From Octopus sinensis (Eukaryota): a stretch of DNA of 64,000 nucleotides. The position numbers and the translations under genes were made by a program. Location: assembly GCF_006345805.1 (NCBI RefSeq), contig NC_043014.1:23746001-23810000 (forward strand), in the 5' to 3' direction. The notes under the pieces were generated by a model that saw nothing but the letters and a program-made list of their open reading frames with translations, made no database searches and was not told where the DNA came from. Below are positions 1 to 11,200 of this stretch, in pieces (position 1 is the stretch's first letter; each line of letters opens with the position of its first letter).

Positions 1-274
1 ATATATACATCTACATATACACACATGCATATATACATATATATACATATGCATATATACATATGCATATACATATATACACATGCATATATACATATAT
101 ATACATACGCATATATACATATGCATATACATATATACACATGCATATATACATATATATACATACGCATATATACATATGCATATACATATATACACAT
201 GCATATATACGTATATATACATACATATATATATATATATATACATATATATACTTAAATATATATACATATAT

Positions 275-305
<31 letters not shown>

Positions 306-370
306 CACATATATATATACATATATATAATATATACATATATATATATATACACATAATATATATACAC

Positions 371-403
<33 letters not shown>

Positions 404-608
404 CATATATATACACATATATAACTACATATGTATACACATATATATACATACATACTTATACATACATATATATACATACATACATAAACACATACAT
501 ATACATATATATATATACATGCATATATATATATATACTCATATATATATACATACATATATATACACACATATATACATACATATAAATACAAATATAT
601 ATATATAT
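1..608. repeat. Compound (TA)n/(CA)n/(TACA)n microsatellite
   Basis: Only TA/CA/TACA/TGCA units; gives spurious I/Y-rich ORFs. Confidence 0.95.
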
Positions 609-3015
609 GGCACGTCAAATGATATTTAATCGTGTGGAACATTTTGCATGCATATCAATATTCTAAAGTTGGACATACTATCCCTTATCCTAAAGCTGCT
701 TCAGACAATTAGGAAGGGTTCCCGACTCGTTGCACCGTCTGCTTTCAATCTTGGATTGTGATTCGGCTCAGCCCAAACTCTCTCAGATTTTGTCTGCTGT
801 TGCCTACTCCTACAAGGATTGCACCTGTTTTTTGTTCCTGATTTAACTCCGATTTGTCCTAGAGCCCATAGAAGATCGTTTTTAGTCAACCATCCATCAT
901 GTCAGCTACCTACGGATCGAAACTGAGATCTGCAAGAAGGGCTTCTCATCAGCTGTTGCTCAAACAAGAGGTCAAGCACCTAAAGTCTGTTGTTGCTCTC
1001 TTACTGAATAAACAGTCTCCTGTTGACGCAGAGTCACCCTTGATTTCTCCCCTGAAGAGGTCCAAACCGAAGGGAACAAGATCGAAGCAGCCAAAGAAGG
1101 CGAAGGAACCGGCAGTCGTTTCTGCACATGATCGTTCCTGTGCGGATTCTTCCTCATCTGCCTTTTCGGTCCCGGAGGTTCCCCAACCTAATTTAAGGAG
1201 CGTAGACTCAAACCCACCTGAAGACCGTTGTTCTCCCCAAAAGAAGAAACGTAGTCAAAACTCCAGAGGGGCAGATTTGGCTATGAAACCTGATCACGAC
1301 AAAATCCATTTGGATTCTCCCTCACCTGTCCTTCCCATTAATGCCATTGCTCAACCAATTCTGAACGATCTCGATGTGAGTTCATCTGGGGAGTGGCGCT
1401 CCCCCAAACTGAAGAAGAGGCAGTGCAGTTCCAAACCAGGCGGGAAAATTATGACCACTAAACCCATTCCGATCGACCCCACAGGCCAACATAAATCTGA
1501 TGGCTATGAAACCACCCTTTCGAAATCCTCCAATGAAGAATCGAATGTCACAGCTCATAGTAGAGAACATTTTGCCCACTCAAGATCAGCAATAATTTAC
1601 GGTAAAGCTGAATCCACCCGTGATACAGGCATAAACCGCCTAAAAGATGACATTAATTTTGTTTCCATTTTGGTTGGAGAGAATTGTTCTCCGTGAACGA
1701 AAAGGTCAGTGTCCTTAAGGTCGCTCGGCTAGGAGATTCCAAGCGAACCCAACCGCAGATACTAGACCACGCCCAATAAGGGTAATCTTTTCTCTGATCG
1801 GGAGGCTTCAGTCTTTCTGAACAGAGCTCAGACGCATGCCTGGGAGGACCCCAATATGGATTTTCGCGAGGAATACTCACTAAGAGAGAGAATTCGCCGG
1901 AGAAACCTGATTCCGAACTAAAGATGAGGAAACAAATGGGAGAGAAGGGTTTACGAATCCAAGATGGACAATAATCAAGTCCTACCTCTGGTCCCATGCT
2001 GTAGTGCTGACAGGGAAAGTGATGTGAGGGCAAATCGAAGTGAAGTTGATACCCCCGTCAACGATGCTATCTCTGATACCCCTTATTCTGCTTGCTCCCC
2101 AAACTCCCGCCCCTCAGACTTCACAGCTCAGCATCGTCTACACCAACTCGTGCTCCTTATTCCCAAAGTTCAGTGAACTATTTACACTGGTCATACGTGA
2201 CTCCCCTGATGTGATAGCTATCACCGAGACTGGCTGACTCCAGCAGTAAAGGACTCAGAAATCCACCTGCAGGGCTACGTCCTTTTCAGATGTGACAGAG
2301 GAAAAAGGCGAGGTGGAGGTGTTGCTGTGTATGTTAAGTCTGAGCACAAACCGTCCAGCGGTATTCTACCCACAAATGCTCAGCCTACAACAAATTCGAT
2401 GCCGTCTATTGCCAAACTGAGCCTATCTAGTTTTGCCTGCCCGTGTTGGCTGTCTATACGGTCCGCCTCTTGCCGACCCCCAGGACGATGCTCATCTACT
2501 CGAAGCGATAAGATTCGTTTCAGCTTCGCATAACTGTTTGGTACTAGGAGACTTCAACGCTCCCACGATCGATTGGCCCACATCATTTGTACAACAACAT
2601 CTTCCCGGTTCGGCCAGGGCCTTCTTGACGTGGCTGAAGATTGTTTTCTATCGCAACATGTTGATATCCGACAAGCATCGGTCTGGGCAGCAGCCATCTA
2701 TGCTAGATCTGGTATTCTCCCGCTATCCAAGATCAGTGTCAGACGTATCTGGTGTGCGCCCCTCTTGCCAAGAGTGATCATGCGGTCCTGAAGTTCGTCA
2801 TGCACACAACTTTTTCTACGCCCACGACTACTTCGCTGCCACGTAGAGTCTTCTTTGCAATTAATCTTGAAATTCTAACCGAGGCTTCCGCGCTTCTGGA
2901 CTGGCGATCCCTGATGACGTTGTCCTCAGTTGACGAACTATGGTCATCCCTCAAAGCATATGTAATCTGTTTGACTGACCAGGCAGTTCCCGTTGGGCTT
3001 CCCAAGAGGAAGAAA
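609..3015 (+). mobile_element. CR1-like LINE, family A: 5' UTR, ORF1 and AP-endonuclease part of ORF2; RT missing
   Basis: ORF 899-1696 is followed by a frameshifted ORF1 C-terminus (RLG...). Endonuclease motifs: PDVIAITET, RGGGVAVYV, LVLGDFNAP, LDLVF, SDHAVL. Stops abruptly at ~3015. Confidence 0.85.
899..1990 (+). pseudogene. LINE ORF1 (frameshifted after ~1690)
   Basis: 265-aa ORF with an N-terminal coiled-coil-like stretch and a K/S/P-rich linker; lies directly upstream of the endonuclease ORF. Confidence 0.65.
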
Positions 3016-3897
3016 CACAGTACAGTTCCTATCCGTACAGGGGGTTCTACGAAAAGGATAGGTTCTACTGATTATGGATTTGATAGGGGATCACTAGCTT
3101 AAGTTTGTCTAGGGCCCTTCTAAAGCAGTACGCCAGTTCACCTCTAAGGGTGGTGTCGACGAACATGACACTCTGGTATTTGTGGCTATCATACCAAGAG
3201 TTGGCATCTCCTATTTTCTTCTTTGTCCTTTCAATAGTGTTCCATGACTTGCTCCTATAGAGTGGGCAAATCCCATTCCTATCATTACATTAGATAGTAT
3301 CAAATTTCTTCATGGCTCCTTTGTATACTCTGATCCTTTCTTTATGGTTGTAACCTGAGAACTGCATGCGGTGAACGAAATGTTGTATGTGTCTCTTTAA
3401 CTCTGTAGGCTCACACATGCAGGACACATTTCACATTATTCTGACAAGGCCTGCCATCAAAATATTGAATTTGGCATGAGTTCTGGTGGGTCAAGTATTT
3501 GGAGGTATAGTACGAATGAAGGATTCGGGTTTTATTATTCTCAGTTTCTAGCCAGAGTTCTCTGTCTAGTACTGGTAGTCTATGGTTAGGGTGTTTAGTA
3601 GGGTAGTCTATTGTGACCTTAATACTCTGGTGGATGGAGTTAGCTATTTGCTGAATGCTCTCCATAGTATTAGTTTCTTTTCTATTTCAAGAGTACTCTT
3701 TTGTGTGGGTGCTTTTACCACTATGTTGATATCATCAACATAGTGAGAGTACATGTTTACGAGTATGGAGTTCTGTGTTAGGCCTTCCTTAAACATTCTG
3801 TCCCACCATACCATGAAAAGGTTGGCCACATCACCGGCGATACTAACGCCGATGGCTGCCCCCTCGTCCTGGGCATATATTTTATTGTTAAACTTAA
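3015..3897 (-). mobile_element. Penelope-like element, RT C-terminal half (inverted relative to its own 3' part)
   Basis: Minus strand reads [38 protein letters not shown], then ...RTYPFRRTPCTDRNCTV. Motifs are PLE-type RT; frameshifted. Confidence 0.85.
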
Positions 3898-3920
3898 GCG
3901 TATGTATATATATATATGTA

Positions 3921-3954
<34 letters not shown>

Positions 3955-4388
3955 TATATGTGTGTATATATATGTGTGTGTATATATATATGTATGTATA
4001 TATATATGTGTGTGTATATATATGTGTGTATATATATATGTGTGTGTGTATATATATATGTGTGTGTATATATATATATGTGTGTGTATATATATGTGTG
4101 TATATATATATATGTATGTGTATATATATGTGTGTATATATATATGTATGTGTATATATATATATGTGTATTTATATGTATGTGTATATATATGTATGTG
4201 TATATATATATGTGTATTTATATGTATGTATATACATATGTGTATATATATGTATGTATATATATGTGTATGTATATGTATGTGTATATATATGTATGTA
4301 TATGTATGTATATATATGCATGTATATATGTATATATATATATGTGTATATGTGTGTGTATATATGTGTGTGTGTATATATGTATGTG
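3898..4388. repeat. (TA)n/(TG)n compound microsatellite at the inversion junction
   Basis: Pure TA/TG units between the two Penelope halves. Confidence 0.95.
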
Positions 4389-4861
4389 TATTTACAAACA
4401 AACTGTAAAGCCAGAAATGTAGTCTATAGTATAAGATGTATAGAGGGAAGATGCAGTAACAAGACAATGACATACATGGGGGAAATGACACGGAGCATAG
4501 GAGAGTGGGTAAATGAACATTGGAGAGGACTTAAGGAAGGTAAAAGCTTATCGATTCTGTACCAACACGCCGAACAGGAACACGGGGCCCCAATCAACAA
4601 CATAGACGTTAAAATCTTGTCCACACATAGAACAAACACAACAATCAGACAAATTACGGAAGCTACACACATAATAGAAGATAAAGCTAGCCTGAGTAGG
4701 AAACTGGAATGGAACACTAGCACACACCACAACATATGACAGAAGAGGATCCCCATAAACTGGTTACAATATAAACAAAACTGAAAACATATTAAAATAA
4801 AATACACAGATAAATAAACAAATGGAAGTAAATAACTATATACAATTTTTTTTATTATTAC

Positions 4862-4892
<31 letters not shown>

Positions 4893-4907
4893 CATACATA
4901 CATAATG

Positions 4908-4944
<37 letters not shown>

Positions 4945-5225
4945 GTGGATGTAAACACATCAACAAAATAAAAATAAAAACAAATTACACGAACGTATAT
5001 AAATAGGAGATTACAGGCACTTCCCCCCACACACACTAACTAAACATAGACGCACATAGAGATATATGCATACCCAAATGAGGACTCATACAATAGAAAT
5101 ACAAAATGGCTGACCGTTAGTAAGGAGAGACACACAAATGAGAAAGAAGAAAGCAAAGGACCACTGATGCGGTCACAGGAGTGTGACGAAAGAACTCTGG
5201 CCGAAATAAGATTAAGATTAATGTA
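4385..5225 (+). mobile_element. Penelope-like element, GIY-YIG endonuclease and 3' region/pLTR
   Basis: [15 protein letters not shown]...[17 protein letters not shown]...HAEQEH...EATHI resembles the PLE GIY-YIG domain with conserved C/H residues; ORF stops at 4739. Confidence 0.85.
5161..5200 (+). ncRNA. Minimal type-I hammerhead ribozyme-like motif (degenerate)
   Basis: CCA-CTGATG-cg-GTCAC-aggagt-GTGAC-GAAA-G-aa-C-TC-TGG: stem I CCA/TGG, stem II GTCAC/GTGAC, minimal stem III, predicted cut after C5197. The core deviates from CUGANGA at the last position. Confidence 0.6.
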
Positions 5226-5321
5226 AAAAATAAACAATGCTGAAGCAAAGTAACACCAAATATATAGTGCGTATGTTTTTATTGGCTAAACTGGCAAAAT
5301 GATCATTCCTAAATGCAAAAA

Positions 5322-5360
5322 TACTAGCATGGAGAACGGACGTTAAACGATGATGATGAT
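5322..5360 (+). mobile_element. RTE LINE 3' terminus with (GAT)n tail
   Basis: ctagcatggagaacggacgttaaacgatgatgat matches the 3' end of the RTE copies elsewhere in the window. Confidence 0.75.
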
Positions 5361-5493
5361 ATATATATATATACATACATATATATATACGTGTGTATAT
5401 ATACATATACACATACATATATATACATACATATACATATATATATATATATATATACATATATATATACACACACACACATATATATATATA

Positions 5494-5525
<32 letters not shown>

Positions 5526-5535
5526 CTTTATTTAC

Positions 5536-5679
5536 AAGCAGCAGAAATTCAACAAAACCTGTTACTTGGAGTTTTACATTCCCGTTCATCGGACAGTTTT
5601 GTTAAAATTTTAACAAAACTGTCCAACAAACGGGAACGTGAAACTCCGAGTAAGAGGTTTTGTTGAATTTCTACTGCTT
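5536..5679. mobile_element. Spacer-less palindromic MITE-like element (~144 bp)
   Basis: Perfect 34-bp palindrome at 5591-5624 inside imperfect arms; a related left half occurs at 44105-44170. Confidence 0.7.
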
Positions 5680-5759
5680 TTAAAAAAAGCATATTACTCT
5701 ACCCCAGGCATTTGAGTACTCTTTTTTCCACCTTGTTTCACATTTATGTGTTTACTCCG

Positions 5760-5794
5760 GTATGTATGTATGTATGTATGTATGTATAATATAT

Positions 5795-5849
<55 letters not shown>

Positions 5850-5987
5850 AATATTATAATATATAAATATATATATAAATATATATAAAATATATATATA
5901 TATATATATAAATATATATAAATATATATAATATAAATATATATAAATATGTATATATAAATATATATATATAAATATTATTATATA

Positions 5988-6033
<46 letters not shown>

Positions 6034-6120
6034 TGTAAATTATCTATATATAAATATATATAGCGATATAAATATTATATAGATTATATATATAAATATA
6101 TATATATATATAATATATCT

Positions 6121-6151
<31 letters not shown>

Positions 6152-6183
6152 ATATAATATATATATAAATATATATATATCTA

Positions 6184-6219
<36 letters not shown>

Positions 6220-6874
6220 TATATAACTATATATATATATATATAAATATATATAAATATATATATATAAATATATATAATAATATATATATATATATAA
6301 ATACTAGAAAATTAGAGAATGGAGAAACATACTTAAATCAATAAAACATCAACTATCGATGATACCCAATCAATACTTTAATACACCATACATATGAGTA
6401 AAGGCATTATACAAAATGAGATATACAGTAATAGTAAAAAGATAAAGAGATATAAGTAAAAAATTTCAAAATTTAATTGCAGATTATATTTGAAATTTTT
6501 TACTTATATCTCTTTATCTTTTACTATTACTGTATATCTCATTTTGTATAATGCCTTTACTCATATGTAATGGTGTATTAAAGTATTGATGGGTATCATC
6601 GGATATAGTTGATGTTTTATTGATTTAAGTATGTTTCTCCATTCTCTATATTTTGTAGTATTAATTTACGGTAAATTATTACCTTTACCCATATAATACA
6701 ATAGATGAACTGATTGTTTGACAATTTTTAACATCTATGTATTAATCTTGTTGGGTACCTATTGGCAGTTATTGGATATATTATCCCATGGTGGGTGAAT
6801 TTTCAACCCTATTTCATTTATAACCTATATATATAATTATATAATATATAAATATATATAATATATATATAGAT

Positions 6875-6917
<43 letters not shown>

Positions 6918-6918
6918 T

Positions 6919-6950
<32 letters not shown>

Positions 6951-7236
6951 ATAAATATATATATGTATATATATATATATATATAAATATATATTATATA
7001 AAATATATAAATATATAAATATATATAAATCTATAAATATATATATATAAATAATATAAATATATTATATATATATAAATATATATAAATATATATAAAT
7101 ATATAAATATATATAAAACTATATAAATATATATATATAATATATATATTAAAATATATATATATATAAATATATAAATATATATATATAAATATATAAA
7201 TATATATATATAAATATATATAAATATACATATATA
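5760..7236. repeat. (TA)n/(TATAAA)n tracts enclosing a ~170-bp-arm inverted repeat (6300-6662)
   Basis: 6300-6470 is the reverse complement of 6489-6662 apart from small indels. Confidence 0.85.
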
Positions 7237-7576
7237 TCATCATCATCATCATCGTTTAGCGTCCGTTTTCCATGCTAGCATGGGTTGGACGGTTCTACTG
7301 GGGTCTGTGAAGCCAGAAGGCTTCAACAGGCCAGTCAAATCTGGCAGTGTTTCTACAGCTGGATGCCCTTCCTAACGCCAACCACTCCGTGAGTGTAGTG
7401 GGTGCTTTTTACGTGCCACCCGCACAGGTGCCAGATAGAGCTGGCAAACGGCCACGAACGGATGGTGCTTTTTATGTGCCACCGGCACGAGGCCAGTCGG
7501 GGCGGCGCTGGCAACAGTCGCGAAACGGAAGGTTCTCTTACATGCCACCGGCACTGGTAACACATCTGCAATTTCC
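7237..7576 (-). mobile_element. RTE LINE 3' UTR fragment
   Basis: Same 3' UTR and (GAT)n tail as the copies at 24138, 52150, 59031 and 60158. Confidence 0.9.
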
Positions 7577-8251
7577 AAGTAGGAAATATTTTTAGAACTG
7601 GGGTGATGTAAGTTAATTCTAAAATTGCATTTCAAGACTGCAACCTTAAAGTTTGGATGTAAGTCTTCAAGAAATCAATACGCAGAAGCTTGATCTGCCA
7701 GTAATAGTAGGAAATTGGTAATTTACCCTCCACTTTATCCTACAAATGTGAATGGCATTGGAAAACTGCAAGCTATGCAGTAAAATCAAAGTGGGTCTCA
7801 TTTTTCTCAAATTATACTATGCTGATAGTATAAAAAAAAATATTTCCAAAAGTTTTCACCTTTGTCAAGGGGTTTGAATTTCAAATGTCCTTCACTAAAT
7901 CTCAAAATCCTGTTTGAATTAGGTTAATTATGAGATCTATGCAGCATTGTTCCAACATTATCTTTCAAAATTAATGCGGGGGAGGGAGTGAAAGCATGTA
8001 TCAAAATAACACAGCGGCTGTTGTGAGGTTAACACTATATTCTCATTTAAAGAACAAATATTCAGATTATTTAGGATTCTCAGCCATTAGTAGCTTTCTT
8101 AAAGACGGAAAGGCCACAATCGGAATACCTTTAGGTGGAATTATTCTTTAAGCACCCCATACAATCCCGAATAACCCTGTTTTTTTGAAACAGGGTTATA
8201 TATATATAAATATATAAATATATAAATATATATATATAAATATATAAATAG

Positions 8252-8480
8252 TTGCAATGTACATCCGAGATGACCTCACGCCCCAGGTCCTGCTGTCATA
8301 TTCAAACTCAGTATGTGAAACTCAAATTGTACACATAAGACAACTGAATATCGTCATATGCACTACATATCGCCCACCAGATGCCCCAAAACACTCAGGC
8401 ATGTTTGAAGACTGCCTAACAAAAATAGTAGAAGTCCTCACCAACCTTGAACAGCACAACAGTGTATTCTTCATATCTAC
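8252..8480 (+). mobile_element. CR1-like AP-endonuclease fragment
   Basis: VAMYIRDDL...ICTTYRPPD motifs, embedded between microsatellites. Confidence 0.75.
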
Positions 8481-9190
8481 AGGCATATACATATATACAC
8501 ATACATGCATACTCAAATAATAATAATAATAATAATAATAATGATAATAATAATAATAAAAATAATAAATATATATACGTGCAGTTACCCATTATACAAA
8601 CGGATACATACATATAAACATACCCATATGTACCTATTTACACATATGTATATATACTAGTCTTCTGTGAGTGTGTTGAGGTATGTATGTGTAAGCGTGT
8701 ATGTGAATATACGTGAATGTATGTAGATGTATGCGTGTATGAATATAACACATACGTGTGTGTACGTGCGAGTGTGTGGGCGTGAGTGAGTGCTTGCGTT
8801 CTTCGTATAAGTAAGTAGACAGATAAACGGAATCTTTAGATCATCCCTTGAGACCGATTGACCGGTCAAGATAAAAATAAAATAAAGATATAAACAAAAA
8901 GCAGTAATAATAAAATTAAATAAGAGAATAAAAATGTGTGTGTATGGTGTGCATGTATATGCATTTGTTATATCGGTGCGAGTGGGTATACATATATGTG
9001 GTATATGTGTATCTGTGTGTACGTACATGGGTATGTGTATATATATGTATATGTATGTATATATATATGTATATGTATGTGTATGTATGTATATATATAT
9101 ATGTATGTATATGTGGGGTATGTATGTATATGTATAGATATATGTGAATATGCGGTGTATATATGTGTATATATATATATGTAGATGTAC

Positions 9191-9290
9191 NNNNNNNNNN
9201 NNNNNNNNNNNNNNNNNNNNNNNNNNNNNNNNNNNNNNNNNNNNNNNNNNNNNNNNNNNNNNNNNNNNNNNNNNNNNNNNNNNNNNNNNN
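9191..9290. other. Assembly gap (100 N)
   Basis: Run of N flanked by microsatellite. Confidence 1.
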
Positions 9291-10899
9291 AAACATATAC
9301 ATATAGACACACATACACAAATATATATATATATATATATGCATGTGTATACATATATGTACATATATGTATGTATATATGTATATATACGTATATGTCT
9401 GCATGTGTATACGTATGTATATATACATATATGTATGTATGTGTAGTATACATGTCTATTCCACGAGATTCATTTCTTTCCTGTACATACATTTAGCATT
9501 ATCTCCCCTACACTATAACTCTCTTACTCATAAGTAGTTAACAAATTATTTATCAAGAATTCTTTATAACAGTAGTATGTACTTTTCTTTTATATTTTCT
9601 CTTTCAATTTTTAATATTAACAACTATACCTTCTTTTTTTCTTACAAACGAATATAATACTATCTTACCATAATGATACATCCTGTCGCTATAATATTTA
9701 CCCCAATTATGTTTTCCTACCCTTCAATTTTCTACTAACTTATTTTAAATCACACCCATACACACTAAACTTCTTATCCTAGACACTCTTAGTAAACTAT
9801 CCCTTTTTAAATTTTTTCACCATTTTTCATTGCACACCACCCATAACTGTCAGAACATACTAAAATTTAAATATAGCTATCATATCCCACAATATGCTTA
9901 TTACTATCTATTTGTATTCAAATGTATATATGTGTAGGTGTATACACTTTCATGTGGGAGCACGTGCATTTGTGTGTGTTAGACACATGTGTGCAAGGTT
10001 GTTATATTTTTTGTCTCCGATCTTTCCTCCTTATATTTAAAAACATCTGTTGACCAAAACAGTTCTAGTTCTTACACAGATAGACTCAATACTACATAAG
10101 CATGTTCCTATATTTCTTTTTCCTCTTTCACAATCTTTTTATGAATATCGAATCAACTTTATCTGACACAGGCTCTCTGTAGTTTTCATTGTAATATTCT
10201 TTTAGGTTTTCTTCGTCTTTTCCACAGAGGAGAATGGTAATACGTAATTAAATTAATTTAATTTAATTATTCTAATTATTACAATTAATTTAATTTTCCC
10301 ATGTTTCTTACATGTTGGTATTATCATTTAAAACGATCGTATGGATTCTCCATTTTTTAACTGTTAGTTGAGTTTATATAAGATTATATACTATGTATGC
10401 TCATAACACACTTTTTACTTTTATACATATATATTATATTATGCAGCTGTCCTCATTCATATGCATCACATGACCTTACCAGCACAGTCTTCTCTCTTGC
10501 ACACTACATCTAAGCTTCTTATACCCAATTTTTCTATTAAATCATTTACACTCTGTTGTACATGTACACTAACATTACTTTTCAAACAAAGAAAAAACAA
10601 CAAAAAGTCTCAAAAAAATGTGTGTGTTAGAGCAGAGATTTCTACAGCCAAATGTATTGTCTGTTGCACCCCTACTCCTATTCATTTCTCAGTCTATCAA
10701 ATAACAGTCCAGGTATGCTTTTTGGAAAACTGGAAATAAAAACAATACCGAAATGAGCCTTTTAGTTATAAAGATCATACAGCACATTAAGAATGCCACG
10801 AAGGTCAGCCATGCTTTCAGAGTGGACTGTAAGCAAATGACACCATTAGCAAAGTTATTGTTTACAACCATCTAGTGAAACATACATTTAGATGGGAGG

Positions 10900-11200
10900 A
10901 ACACCTCCACTTTAAGTGACCGGCACTTCTTTATGCAACAGTCTTCATCTATTCACATCAGATGACCAAACCAGTGCAGGCTTCTCTCCTGCACACTGCA
11001 TATAATTCCTCTTATTCCTAGTGCTCTAGTGCTCTGTTACACATGCACACTGACATTGCACATCCAGTAGAGCATACCAACTTCATTCCTCTCTAGCCTT
11101 CACATATACTCTGCATTCAGGGCCCACATCTCACAACCATGTAGCATTGCTGTTCATACACATGCATCATATAATTTTACTTTCACTCGGAGAGTGAAAT
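10900..11200 (-). mobile_element. Old RTE relic (RT C-terminal region); a second relic lies at 10440-10570
   Basis: Alignable by eye to ~24880-25180, with many substitutions. Confidence 0.7.

Noticed and set aside
701-889. Short antisense ORFs overlapping LINEs (also 25742-26098, 29142-29432, 42485-42799)
   Set aside because: Shadow frames on the opposite strand of retrotransposon sequence.
2911-2940. CTGATGA...GAA inside LINE ORF2
   Set aside because: It is coding sequence with poor stems; likely a chance match.
10080-10240. Purine-rich minus-strand stretch as the next RalBP1 exon
   Set aside because: No polypyrimidine acceptor, no SPSK or RhoGAP similarity, and frames close quickly.
10689-10871. 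Hydrophobic 60-aa ORF as a membrane-protein exon
   Set aside because: No recognisable family or convincing splice sites, and it lies among repeat relics.
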